From assembly GCA_937930175.1 (NCBI GenBank), contig CALGLP010000012.1:1130-65129 (forward strand): a stretch of DNA of 64,000 bases, written 5' to 3'. How positions within the stretch are numbered: position 1 is the first letter of the stretch; each line of letters starts with the position of its first letter. The translations under genes and the position numbers were made by a program. Origin of the DNA: an uncultured bacterium. GTDB taxonomy: Bacteria > Omnitrophota > Gorgyraeia > Zapsychrales > Aceulaceae. The notes beneath the pieces were generated by a model. It did no database searches and had not been told where the DNA came from. It saw nothing but the letters and a program-made list of their open reading frames with translations. This document shows positions 48,078 through 56,960 of the stretch, piece after piece.

Positions 48078-50188
48078 GTCCTACAAATGCGGTAGGTTTT
48101 TCTCTGCGCAAATTCTTGTTTTTTACCTTTATTCCACTGCTGAACCGGCCTTAAGTAGCCAACAACGCGTGAATAAATCTCACATTCAGCCTGGCATTTG
48201 GGGCAATACTCCTGCTCGCCAGCTAAATACCCGCAGCTAGGACACACACTAAAGGTAGGCGTAATCGTAAAATACGGCAACTTATACTTGTGACAAACTG
48301 TCTTAATCAGTGCCTTAAGGCTTTCGGTATCATCGATCTTCTCGCCGACAAATCCATGCAAGACTGTTCCTCCGGTATAGCGTGATTGAAGATCATCTTG
48401 AAGATCAAGCACTTCAAAGATATCATCCGAATACCCCACGGGAAGATGCGTCGAATTAGTATAAAAAGGTTCCTTGCCTTTTTGATATTCCTCTTCATTA
48501 GCACAAATGATATCCGCAAGATTGTCCTTGTCAAGACGCGCAAGCCGATAAGAAACGCCCTCCGCTGGCGTGGCTTCCAAGTTATAATTATTTCCGGTTT
48601 CTTCCTGGAATTCTTTCATACGACTGCGCATATGGTCAAGCACCTTACAGGCAAAGGCACGCCCTTTTTCAGAAACAATATTCTCGCCTAAAAGATTTAA
48701 ACACCCTTCGTTCATCCCCACAAGACCGATCGTAGAAAAATGATTCTTCCAATATTCACCTAGGCGGCCTTTAACATCACGCAAATAAAACTTGATGTAG
48801 GGATAAAGATTATTATCCGTAAACTTCTCAAGGACTTTGCGCTTGATCTCAAGGCTTTCCTTGGCCAAGAGCATCAATTCATCGAGTCCTTTGAAAAAGT
48901 CCTGTTCATTCTCCGAAGTATACGCTAAGCGCGGCATATTAATGGTCACTACACCGATAGAGCCAGTCAAAGGTGATGAACCAAAAAGCCCTCCGCCACG
49001 CTTGCGGAGCTCACGATTATCCAAGCGAAGACGGCAGCACATACTGCGCGCATCGTCGGGACTCATGTCAGAATTAACAAAATTCGCAAAATACGGTATT
49101 CCATACTTCGCTGTCACTTCCCATAAGGGCTTCAAGTTAGGATTATCCCAATCAAAATCCTTAGAGATATTATAGGTCGGAATAGGAAACGTAAAGACTC
49201 TTCCCTTGGCATCACCCTCGATCAAGACCTCCAAGAAGGCCTTGTTAAACATATCCATTTCGGCTTGAAATTCCTTGTAGGTCTCGGGCTTCAATTCCCC
49301 ACCGATCACAACATTTTGATCGCGAAAATGAAATGGTGGATGCAAGTCGCAGGTCACATTGGTAAACGGTGTTTGAAACCCAACGCGAGTAGGCACATTG
49401 ACATTAAAAACAAATTCTTGAAGAACTTGCTTGACATCTTTGTAGGCTAAATTGTCATAGCGAATAAAGGGAGCTAACAGTGTATCAAAATTGGAAAAGG
49501 CCTGAGCCCCTGATGCTTCGCCTTGAAGCGTATAAAAGAAATTGACCAGCTGGCCTAAAGCACTGCGCAAATGCTTAGCGGGCTTGGACTCCATCTTTCC
49601 TGAAGCACCTTTAAAACCAACCGTAAGTAAGTCTTGCAAATCCCATCCGACGCAATAAACGCTTAAGAGTCCTAAGTCATGAACATGAAAATCACCGCTG
49701 GTGTGCGCATCCTTGACTTCCGACGGATACAATTTATTGAGCCAATAAACTTTGCTAATCTCCGACGAGACATAGTTGTTTAACCCTTGCAGGGAAAAAC
49801 CCATATTGCTATTTTCATTGACCTTCCAATCAGCCTGGGTCAAGTATTGATCGACTAAGCTCACATTGCTCGCCGAGGTGATTTCTCGGATCTTGGCATG
49901 TTGGTCGCGATAAATAATGTAGGCCTTGGCGGTCTTGCGATACGGCGAGGAAATCAGCACTTCTTCGACGATATCCTGGATCTCTTCCACCGTCGGTGAT
50001 GATTCAGGGCTCATCAGCTGCTGCGCAATATTGATCACGCGCATCGAAAGCTTCAGGGCAACATCACGACCAAACTCGCCAGTCGCTTCTCCTGCTTTCT
50101 GAATCGCGATCGTGATTTTCTCTGCATCAAAAGACTCGAGACTACCATTACGTTTGAGAATTTTAGTCAAAACTTCTGTTGACTGCAT
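48068..50188 (-). CDS. nrdD: Anaerobic ribonucleoside-triphosphate reductase (class III)
   Basis: 706 aa with an N-terminal ATP-cone, a C-terminal Zn-ribbon (CPSCGY...CPKCQ) and the glycyl-radical region RVVGYLRPV. Confidence 0.9.
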   Translation of the reverse strand: MQSTEVLTKILKRNGSLESFDAEKITIAIQKAGEATGEFGRDVALKLSMRVINIAQQLMSPESSPTVEEIQDIVEEVLISSPYRKTAKAYIIYRDQHAKIREITSASNVSLVDQYLTQADWKVNENSNMGFSLQGLNNYVSSEISKVYWLNKLYPSEVKDAHTSGDFHVHDLGLLSVYCVGWDLQDLLTVGFKGASGKMESKPAKHLRSALGQLVNFFYTLQGEASGAQAFSNFDTLLAPFIRYDNLAYKDVKQVLQEFVFNVNVPTRVGFQTPFTNVTCDLHPPFHFRDQNVVIGGELKPETYKEFQAEMDMFNKAFLEVLIEGDAKGRVFTFPIPTYNISKDFDWDNPNLKPLWEVTAKYGIPYFANFVNSDMSPDDARSMCCRLRLDNRELRKRGGGLFGSSPLTGSIGVVTINMPRLAYTSENEQDFFKGLDELMLLAKESLEIKRKVLEKFTDNNLYPYIKFYLRDVKGRLGEYWKNHFSTIGLVGMNEGCLNLLGENIVSEKGRAFACKVLDHMRSRMKEFQEETGNNYNLEATPAEGVSYRLARLDKDNLADIICANEEEYQKGKEPFYTNSTHLPVGYSDDIFEVLDLQDDLQSRYTGGTVLHGFVGEKIDDTESLKALIKTVCHKYKLPYFTITPTFSVCPSCGYLAGEQEYCPKCQAECEIYSRVVGYLRPVQQWNKGKKQEFAQRKTYRICRTCE

Positions 50189-50257
50189 TTACGCCTCCCC
50201 CCTCGATAAATGATGAGAATAATAACGATTAAAAGGATTTTCAGATATTATGCTACA

Positions 50258-50304
50258 CCACAAGATATGGTGTGTCAATATTTTTATTTCACAAGATATG
50301 GTGG
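50258..50304. promoter_or_regulatory. Two tandem NrdR-box-like palindromes upstream of nrdD
   Basis: ccACAAGATATGGTGt (50258-50273) and tcACAAGATATGGTGg (50289-50304). Both resemble the NrdR consensus acaCwAtATaTwGtgt (12-13 of 16). Centres are 31 bp apart, the typical two-box spacing. They lie 70-115 bp upstream of the nrdD start. Confidence 0.5.
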
Positions 50305-50319
50305 AAAACACTGGAACCT

Positions 50320-51102
50320 CTAGGATCTATAGTGACCGTGACGAGCAACTGTTTTTTCCTCGTCCAGCGGATCGAAAGGCTTCACAATAACATCATAAAC
50401 AGACACCGTTTTAAAATCAAGGAACGCTCTTTTAATAACATCCATTTGTTTCTTTGTCAATGGTTTTATCGCACAAGGGCGAAGCGGTGTGTTGATCTGC
50501 ACTTCATCAGGATCGATTTTTTTCGCGATCTCGGCGATATCCTTGGCATGCATAATATTCTCCTGCATAAACATAATCTGAAGAGCCAATTTTCCTGAAA
50601 ACTTTTTACGAAAAGCGCATAGGCCCTTAACCAATTCACCAAACAAAACCGTGTCCACACCCTTGTTGATCGCGGCAAAACTTTCTTGCGAAAAAGCATC
50701 AAGCTTCGCCAAAACAAAATCAGCTTTGGCAAGATCATCTTGTACATCACGAAGGTGAATCAATGACGAATTGGTAATGACCGCAATCTTCTCTGGACGC
50801 ACGCGCTTAATGGCGCGGATCAGGGTGCCTAAATTTTTTGCAAGGGTAGGCTCGCCACACCCTGAAAATGTAATATAGTCAATATCCGTCAATGAAATCG
50901 TTTTGATTTCATCCACAATCGCTTGCGCCGAAATAAAACTTTTTCGCTCGGATTGAAATAAACACGTTTCTCCAAGCTGGCAATAAAGACAATTGAAATT
51001 ACAGATTTTTTGAGGACAAGAGATGGGGTCAACCCCTAACGACATGCCTAGGCGCCAAGAATACACCGGACCGTAAATATACTGAAAAGTTTTTTGATGC
51101 AT
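50320..51102 (-). CDS. Radical SAM domain protein
   Basis: 260 aa with an N-terminal CNFNCLYCQ (CxxxCxxC) cluster 30 aa from the start, preceded by GPVYSWRLGMSLGVD, and a glycine-rich SAM site (ITFSGCGEPT). Confidence 0.7.
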   Translation of the reverse strand: MHQKTFQYIYGPVYSWRLGMSLGVDPISCPQKICNFNCLYCQLGETCLFQSERKSFISAQAIVDEIKTISLTDIDYITFSGCGEPTLAKNLGTLIRAIKRVRPEKIAVITNSSLIHLRDVQDDLAKADFVLAKLDAFSQESFAAINKGVDTVLFGELVKGLCAFRKKFSGKLALQIMFMQENIMHAKDIAEIAKKIDPDEVQINTPLRPCAIKPLTKKQMDVIKRAFLDFKTVSVYDVIVKPFDPLDEEKTVARHGHYRS

Positions 51103-51130
51103 CAGAAATGCCTAGCAGAACAAGCGTGGA

Positions 51131-51517
51131 TTATATAGCCTTTATTTTCTTCTGAATCTTGGATAAAAGGTCCGCCTTATCATAAGGCTTGGCCACGGTT
51201 TCATACCAATCTTCGCCAACATTGATCGAAAGGGCTTCCCCTTTGTCCTCCGAAGGCGTGACCATCGCGGTTAAAAAAAGAACTGGTTTATCTTTTAATT
51301 CGGGATATCCCTTAATGATCTTGACAGCATCGGCCCCACCCATATCGGGCAAAAGAAGGTCCATGAGAATAAGATCCGGCAGCGTCTCTTGCGCCTTTTG
51401 GATGCCTTCCTTGGCTGTTGTCGCCGTGACAACCTTGTAGCCGGCAGCTGTCAATTCTTTAGCCAAGACTTTCAAAACATCGGCTTCATCATCCACAACT
51501 AAAATGCTTAACATCAA
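51131..51517 (-). CDS. Response regulator receiver protein (stand-alone CheY-like)
   Basis: 128 aa with ILVVDDEADVLKVL...LILMDLLLPDMGG...PVLFLTA. Confidence 0.7.
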   Translation of the reverse strand: MMLSILVVDDEADVLKVLAKELTAAGYKVVTATTAKEGIQKAQETLPDLILMDLLLPDMGGADAVKIIKGYPELKDKPVLFLTAMVTPSEDKGEALSINVGEDWYETVAKPYDKADLLSKIQKKIKAI

Positions 51518-51535
51518 CTCTTCTCCTTAAACATT

Positions 51536-51964
51536 TTAAGAAAGCGCGAGCGCGACATTGATCAAATCGTGGCGACCCACCACGCCTGCAAGCTTTTCAC
51601 CATCATAGACTGGAATCGTATGCACGTTTTTGCGATGCATCATGGCAATGGCCTTGACGACCTTATCATCTTGCTGCAGGGTCACGATATCCTTGCTGGC
51701 CAGCTCACCAACCGAACGCTGGGCTACCTTTTGTAACTCAGCAATGCTATGAACACCCTTCGAAATCGCATCATCCATCAAGCGCAGCAAATCTGTTGTG
51801 GTAAAAATACCAAGGAGCTTATCCTCATCCTGATCACTCACCACCAAGATCCCATTGATCTGATAACGAAAAAGAAGGTGGGCAACATTGCCCACCGAAA
51901 CACTTTCTTTAACCTTGATAGGATGATCACACATCACATCTTTAAGCGCTATCTTTAACATCAA
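51536..51964 (-). CDS. CBS-domain pair protein
   Basis: 142 aa with two CBS-like repeats (VKDVMCDHPIKV...GILVV; VASKDIVTLQQDD...HTIPV). Confidence 0.65.
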   Translation of the reverse strand: MMLKIALKDVMCDHPIKVKESVSVGNVAHLLFRYQINGILVVSDQDEDKLLGIFTTTDLLRLMDDAISKGVHSIAELQKVAQRSVGELASKDIVTLQQDDKVVKAIAMMHRKNVHTIPVYDGEKLAGVVGRHDLINVALALS

Positions 51965-51988
51965 TGTCCTTGTTTTCGATCATCTTGT

Positions 51989-52534
51989 CTATGCCGTAGC
52001 GGCTGGCGTTCCTGACGGCGTCAAGACAGGCATGAGCCTCAAGCTCAATTCTTTGTCCAGCATCAAAATGCCTTCACCCCGATCACCAGTATACTTGAGC
52101 TTACCAATAATTTCACTGGCATTCTTCTCTTCTTCCACTTGTTCGGTCACAAACCATTCTAAGAAAATCACCGTCGCATTATCATTTTCTTTTTTCGCTA
52201 AAGCATAAAGCGTATTAATACTTTTTGTAATGTACTTCTCGTGCTGAAGAGCTTGCTCAAAGACATCTTTAACCGATGATATCTTCACCGCAGGCTTTTC
52301 AATAGTTTCGAGAACGATCTTGCCTGCGCGCTCGCTGACGTAGTTAAAAAACTTCATCGCGTGCGTCATCTCCTCTAAGGCCTGGATACGCATCCAATGG
52401 GCAAAACCATTTAAGTTTTCCGCTTCCAAATAAGCCACCATGGCCAAATACAAATAGGCCGAAAAAAGTTCACGATTGATCTGGGCGTTCATTTCTTGCT
52501 GAAGAATCTTTTCCATAAGCCTGCTCCTTGTCAA
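51989..52534 (-). CDS. ftn: Non-heme ferritin (Ftn-like)
   Basis: 181 aa with ferroxidase-centre residues in LNAQINRELFSAYLYLAM...ALEEMTHAMKFFNYV...EQVEEE. Confidence 0.8.
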   Translation of the reverse strand: MTRSRLMEKILQQEMNAQINRELFSAYLYLAMVAYLEAENLNGFAHWMRIQALEEMTHAMKFFNYVSERAGKIVLETIEKPAVKISSVKDVFEQALQHEKYITKSINTLYALAKKENDNATVIFLEWFVTEQVEEEKNASEIIGKLKYTGDRGEGILMLDKELSLRLMPVLTPSGTPAATA

Positions 52535-52601
52535 AATTATTTCTATACCAAAGGACTTCTTGAGTATACTACGTTTTCATTATTTGAAAATCTTTTTTAT
52601 C

Positions 52602-52639
52602 TGAAAAAAGGGCGGCCAGGGGATTCCCCCTGGCCGCCC
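52602..52639 (-). terminator. Rho-independent terminator of rubrerythrin
   Basis: 13-bp GC stem gggcggccagggg / cccctggccgccc with loop attc. The minus strand follows with UUUUUUCAG. It lies 15 nt after the stop at 52654. Confidence 0.65.
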
Positions 52640-52653
52640 CGTCAAACCCTTCC

Positions 52654-53193
52654 CTATCCCCTCATCAGATCAAGCGGCTCATAATATTCCCTGGGATGCT
52701 TACATGCCGGACATTTGATGGGCGGCTCTGTGCCTTCATGAATAAATCCGCACTTGCTGCATTTCCATTGGATCGGCTTTTCACGCTTAAACACCGTGCC
52801 CTCTTCAACCATTTTGAGCAAATTCTTATAACGCTCTTCATGCTTCTTCTCCACCTTGGCAATCTGCTCAAAAAGCCTGGCGGCATCCTCAAAGCCTTCG
52901 TCTTTAGCGTCTTTTGCGAAATCAGGATACATCTGCGTTGTTTCATAGTGCTCGCCGCCAATCGCCTCTTTTAAATTGGCCTTGGTATCGCCAATCCCAT
53001 TTAAGAGCTTAAATTCATCCTTGGCATGCTGCATCTCATTATCCGCGGTCTCTAAAAAGATCTTTCCGATGTAAAGATAGCCTTCCTTCTCCGCGATCTT
53101 GGCAAAATACGTATACTTATTTCTTGCCTGTGATTCTCCGGCAAAAGCAGCCATGAGATTCTTCTCCGTTTTTGTCCCTTTAAGTTCTGCCAT
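52654..53193 (-). CDS. rbr: Rubrerythrin
   Basis: 179 aa with a diiron four-helix-bundle N-domain (ExxH motifs: [10 protein letters not shown]; EKKHEERY) and a C-terminal rubredoxin-like CSKCG...CPACKHP. Confidence 0.85.
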   Translation of the reverse strand: MAELKGTKTEKNLMAAFAGESQARNKYTYFAKIAEKEGYLYIGKIFLETADNEMQHAKDEFKLLNGIGDTKANLKEAIGGEHYETTQMYPDFAKDAKDEGFEDAARLFEQIAKVEKKHEERYKNLLKMVEEGTVFKREKPIQWKCSKCGFIHEGTEPPIKCPACKHPREYYEPLDLMRG

Positions 53194-53386
53194 TTTAACC
53201 TCCGTTTTTTTATGAGTTATAGAACATGATCACTGACGAAATTAATCAAAAATAAAATCCCAATGACGAATGAAATCTCAAGCTTCAATGCCCAAATGGA
53301 GAAACTAAGTCATGATGGTTTCATTTTGCATTGTTTCATTGAACATTGTGTCATTTATTCTTTGTTGATTCAAATTCATCTTACTT

Positions 53387-54097
53387 CTAGTATCCTAAAA
53401 AATTCTCCGCCTTAACCTTGCTCATAGCACACCCGATCTCTTGGCAAATCGCCTTCATTGCGTTCACCATCGCCGGCGGGCCAAAAAGATAAAAAGCTCG
53501 ATCTTGATAATCCGGCACCTGCGAAATGACAAAATCCTTGGTGATCATCCCCACAAAGCACGGGCAGTTGTTCGCCACACGATTGACAACCGTATAAACA
53601 ACCTTGATATTCTCGTTGTCCTTTGCCCACGCATCAAGATGTTCCTTAAACGCCATGTCCTCGTCCGTCATGTTCGAATATAAAAGCCGCGCATCTACTT
53701 TGATCTTCTTATCTGCCACATGCTCAAGGATCGAAATGACCGGCGTGATGCCAATGCCCCCAATCAAAAAAGCTGCCTTTTGAGAAGATTGGTCTAAGAC
53801 ACAATGCCCCATGGGGCCTTTAAACAAAATGCTATCTCCTTTTTTAAGAGCCAAAAGACGACTGGAGAATGCGCTTGCGGAAAGCCGCTTGGTCACCTCA
53901 AGATACGCCTTGCCAGGACGACAGGAAAAAGATAAATATTTATTAAGCTGTTTATTGGCCCTATCTTTTTCATCAAAAAAAATCTGCACAAATTGTCCTG
54001 GAATAAAATCAATCAACCCCTGGGGTTTAAAGCGAAAACTGCTGACACTTTTTGTTCGCTCAATCCGTTCAATAAATTCTACGCGAAACTCGCTCAT
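53387..54097 (-). CDS. FAD/NAD(P)-binding oxidoreductase (ferredoxin-NADP reductase-like, no Fe-S domain)
   Basis: 236 aa with an FAD-binding barrel (GQFVQIFF), then GGIGITPVISIL and FGPPAMV, which are FNR-family NAD-binding motifs. It lies between rbr and a Fur-family regulator. Confidence 0.6.
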   Translation of the reverse strand: MSEFRVEFIERIERTKSVSSFRFKPQGLIDFIPGQFVQIFFDEKDRANKQLNKYLSFSCRPGKAYLEVTKRLSASAFSSRLLALKKGDSILFKGPMGHCVLDQSSQKAAFLIGGIGITPVISILEHVADKKIKVDARLLYSNMTDEDMAFKEHLDAWAKDNENIKVVYTVVNRVANNCPCFVGMITKDFVISQVPDYQDRAFYLFGPPAMVNAMKAICQEIGCAMSKVKAENFLGY

Positions 54098-54103
54098 ATC
54101 TTC

Positions 54104-54565
54104 CTAGCGCTTCTTTTTAGCCTGACACTCTTTGCACGTTCCGTAAAAATACCCTTGAAAGTTGTCAATTGCGTGTCCCTCAACGCTTTTGCATTTAAGC
54201 GTAGCACAGGCTGGCATATCCAGATCCAAGATCGTTTTGCAACTTTGACAAAAAAAATGGTGATGATCTTTGTCCGCCAGCTCATACAAAGATCTCTCAA
54301 AATCTATCTTGATCTCCTGGATCAAATTCTTAGCGGTAAAATTCTCTAAAATCGCATATACCGTGCCCAAGGAAATCGCAGGAACCTTGAGCCTGACAGC
54401 TTGATAAATCTCATCAACGCTAAAATGCCCTTTCGCCGTCCCAAAGGCGCCGTACACGGCAATGCGTTGAGGCGTTACCTTGATATGACAACTGCGTAAT
54501 GTTTGCTCAATATGCTTCACAGGAAACCTTTTTTGAACCCTTGGCCTTCGGCGGAGCAAGGTCAA
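54104..54565 (-). CDS. Fur-family transcriptional regulator, probably PerR-like
   Basis: 153 aa with a DNA-binding helix region (KVTPQRIAVYGAF), HHHFFCQSCKTI...CKECQ (Fur metal sites plus the structural Zn CxxC pair). Its context in the peroxide-stress cluster suggests PerR. The true start may be a downstream GTG near 54520, since it overlaps the upstream gene by 59 nt. Confidence 0.7.
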   Translation of the reverse strand: MTLLRRRPRVQKRFPVKHIEQTLRSCHIKVTPQRIAVYGAFGTAKGHFSVDEIYQAVRLKVPAISLGTVYAILENFTAKNLIQEIKIDFERSLYELADKDHHHFFCQSCKTILDLDMPACATLKCKSVEGHAIDNFQGYFYGTCKECQAKKKR

Positions 54566-54998
54566 TAATATGGTTCACCGTGATTTCGATCAGATAGCGT
54601 GGTTGAAGAGGCAGATACGCTTCATGATGAGTCTGAGATTTTAAACCTGCCTTAACGCTATTGGCAACCCGCTTCGAAATACGCTTCACCACGCGACTCT
54701 CCCATTCCTGAAAAATCTTTTCATGCATTTTGTCACGATCTATGATCTTAGCTTGGCCCTGAAGCGTGTACCCCTTAAACAGATGCTCATCCACTGCCGT
54801 GATACTGATCTTGGGGTTTTTCTTCAAATTCCTAAAAGTGTGATAGCAATAAAGGTCCACCAAAAAGATCTTGGCACTTTTCTTAATACCAAGAACACCT
54901 TTGATCGAGCAATGGATCCGCCCCACAGGATCAATCGTCGAAACAATGACCGTGTCTTGTTTTTCAAAAAAATCAATAATCGCTTGATCAACACGCAT
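54507..54998 (-). CDS. Pyridoxamine 5'-phosphate oxidase-like FMN-binding protein
   Basis: 163 aa with VIVSTIDPVGRIHCSIKG...ITAVDEHLFKGYTLQGQAKII, a split-barrel flavin-binding pattern. Confidence 0.5.
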   Translation of the reverse strand: MRVDQAIIDFFEKQDTVIVSTIDPVGRIHCSIKGVLGIKKSAKIFLVDLYCYHTFRNLKKNPKISITAVDEHLFKGYTLQGQAKIIDRDKMHEKIFQEWESRVVKRISKRVANSVKAGLKSQTHHEAYLPLQPRYLIEITVNHIIDLAPPKAKGSKKVSCEAY

Positions 54999-55001
54999 AA
55001 A

Positions 55002-56180
55002 TTATTTCTCCAAAATTTCTCTAACTTTCACCACAACATGATCTAACTCGCCTAAATCCTGCTCGTCCGGAACAAACGGGATATATTTACCTTCAGCTAA
55101 AAGTTCAAAACCAGCATCCGCAATGGACGTTTCTAGCTCTTTAAACCCAATCGTGGACCACCCATAAGAGCCAAACGTCCAGGCATGTTTATTTTTGGTC
55201 TTCAACCCCTTGAGGTACATCAAAAGCCCTGCCATGGTCGGCAACATACGATTATTGAGGATCGGTGTTCCAAAAAGAACAACTTTAGAAAGCATCACAT
55301 CCGTGACAATGTCCGACATATGCGCGGCTTGCAAATTGACAAGCTTGGTTTGGATGCCTTCCTTGTCTAAGCGATCATAGAGCCTTAGGGCCATTTCTTT
55401 AGTTGAATTCCACATGGTGTCATAAATGATCAAAACTTTCTTATCCGCTTCATAACGCGCCCACTTGCCATAGGCTTTTAAAATCGTTGCCAAATCTTTT
55501 GGGGTGCGCCAGATCAGTCCATGCGAGGGACAAATCATCTTAATCGACAGCTTTTCAGCTGCCTCCAACGCCCTTAAAACTTGTGCCCCGTAAGGCATCA
55601 CAATATTGGCATAATATTTAGCCGCATCTTCAAAAACAATATCCATGCCCAATTCATCGGCGTAGCGCTCCACCGATGCCCGATGCTGACCAAAAGCATC
55701 ATTGGAAAATAAAATGTTGTCCTGCGGTGAATAAGTGGCCATGGAATCCGGCCAATGCACCATGGGCATGAGCAAAAATTTTAATGTCCGCTTGCCAATG
55801 TTAAGCTCGTCCCCGGTTTGCACGACCTTAAAATTCCAATCCTTCTTGAAATGACGCTTCAAGCCCTCTGCCCCTTTGGGTGAACACACCACCTGCGCCT
55901 TAGGGCAAATCGCGAGCAGCTTGTCAATCGACCCCGAATGGTCCATTTCTGTATGGTTGGAAATAATATATTCGATCTTAGCAGGATCAATGACGTCCCG
56001 AATGTGGGCAAGCATTTCATCAACGCCGTAATATTTCACGGTATCAATGAGTGTGGGCTTCTCGTCTACAATAAGGTAGGCATTGTACGTGGAGCCTGCA
56101 GGCGTGTCATAGCCATGGAAATTACGCAGATCCCAGTCAATGTAGCCAGTCCAATAAATATCAGGGGCAATGGTATGCAT
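55002..56180 (-). CDS. Flavodiiron protein (rubredoxin:oxygen/NO oxidoreductase, FprA/ROO type)
   Basis: 392 aa with a metallo-beta-lactamase-like diiron domain (HTEMDHSG) and a C-terminal flavodoxin domain (KVLIIYDTMWNSTKEMA). Confidence 0.85.
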   Translation of the reverse strand: MHTIAPDIYWTGYIDWDLRNFHGYDTPAGSTYNAYLIVDEKPTLIDTVKYYGVDEMLAHIRDVIDPAKIEYIISNHTEMDHSGSIDKLLAICPKAQVVCSPKGAEGLKRHFKKDWNFKVVQTGDELNIGKRTLKFLLMPMVHWPDSMATYSPQDNILFSNDAFGQHRASVERYADELGMDIVFEDAAKYYANIVMPYGAQVLRALEAAEKLSIKMICPSHGLIWRTPKDLATILKAYGKWARYEADKKVLIIYDTMWNSTKEMALRLYDRLDKEGIQTKLVNLQAAHMSDIVTDVMLSKVVLFGTPILNNRMLPTMAGLLMYLKGLKTKNKHAWTFGSYGWSTIGFKELETSIADAGFELLAEGKYIPFVPDEQDLGELDHVVVKVREILEK

Positions 56181-56198
56181 AAATTTTAAATTCTTTAA

Positions 56199-56346
56199 AG
56201 AAAATAGAAATTAGAAGATGGAAGATAGAAAATGATCTTAGAACGCGGTAGCTACTTCGTGTTAAAATCAAAGAAGATCAAGGATGCTTTTCTATTTTTT
56301 CTTTTTCTAACTTCTAATTTCCAACTTCTATCTTCTAATTTCTTTA
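56199..56346. repeat. Intergenic palindromic 'tagaag' element between the rubredoxin and flavodiiron genes
   Basis: The arms agaaaatagaaattagaagatggaagatagaaaa (56199-56232) and ttttctattttttctttttctaacttctaatttccaacttctatcttctaatttct (56290-56345) are mutually complementary. An inner gatctt...aagatc hairpin is nested inside. The element is non-coding here. Confidence 0.55.
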
Positions 56347-56348
56347 TT

Positions 56349-56510
56349 TTACTCTACTACCTCAAAATCCTCTTTCCCTACCCCGCACTCTGGACAAACC
56401 CAGGTGCTGGGAATGGCCTCAAAAGCTGTGCCAGGGGCAATACCGCCATCTGGATCTCCTTTAGCCGGGTCATAAACATAACCGCAAACGGTACATTTGT
56501 ATTTTTTCAT
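56349..56510 (-). CDS. rub: Rubredoxin (53 aa; missed by the ORF track)
   Basis: Translation [53 protein letters not shown], with two CxxCG knuckles. A strong GGAGG RBS lies 8 nt upstream. It is immediately upstream of the flavodiiron gene. Confidence 0.85.
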   Translation of the reverse strand: MKKYKCTVCGYVYDPAKGDPDGGIAPGTAFEAIPSTWVCPECGVGKEDFEVVE

Positions 56511-56960
56511 AAACAGCCTCCTTTAAATGAGTCCGCCATTGCTTCAGTGGCGGACGAATTTATCCAGGTTTAACTGCGTTTAAGCGGTTAAATCTGGACT
56601 TCCTTACATTTTTTAAATCTTCCCCACAATTTAATTGGCGTGGGGGCCAGTCAGGAATCGTTATTATATAGGAATAAAGGAATGGGTCAAGGAATTTCTT
56701 GCAGAGCATTGCCTCACATTAAATGTTAACGAGTCCTCCGAGATCGTCTTCTTTGGCAACAGTCTTGAAAGATCACCAAGGGTTGGAAGGCGTGCTGGCG
56801 TTTTCCTCTCGTGAGTTTCCGAAGTCGTCTGTTCTCATTCATTTTGCACTGGGGAAAACAGATGACGAAGGAATGTTTGAGCGAAGGATAATGCCAGTAC
56901 GCCTCATATAAACAAGGACTTGTTCAGTAACCTTTATTAATAAGTTAACGGCCGGAGGAT

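Noticed and set aside
54507-54565. 59-nt overlap between the PNPOx-like gene and the Fur-family gene, possibly a frameshift or fusion
   Set aside because: Both proteins are complete with their own motifs. An internal GTG near 54520 gives a conventional short overlap, so there is no need to invoke a frameshift.
56723-56911. 62-aa plus-strand ORF in the 450-bp region upstream of rubredoxin
   Set aside because: No RBS, odd composition and no neighbouring plus-strand genes. The region is more likely regulatory or leader sequence.
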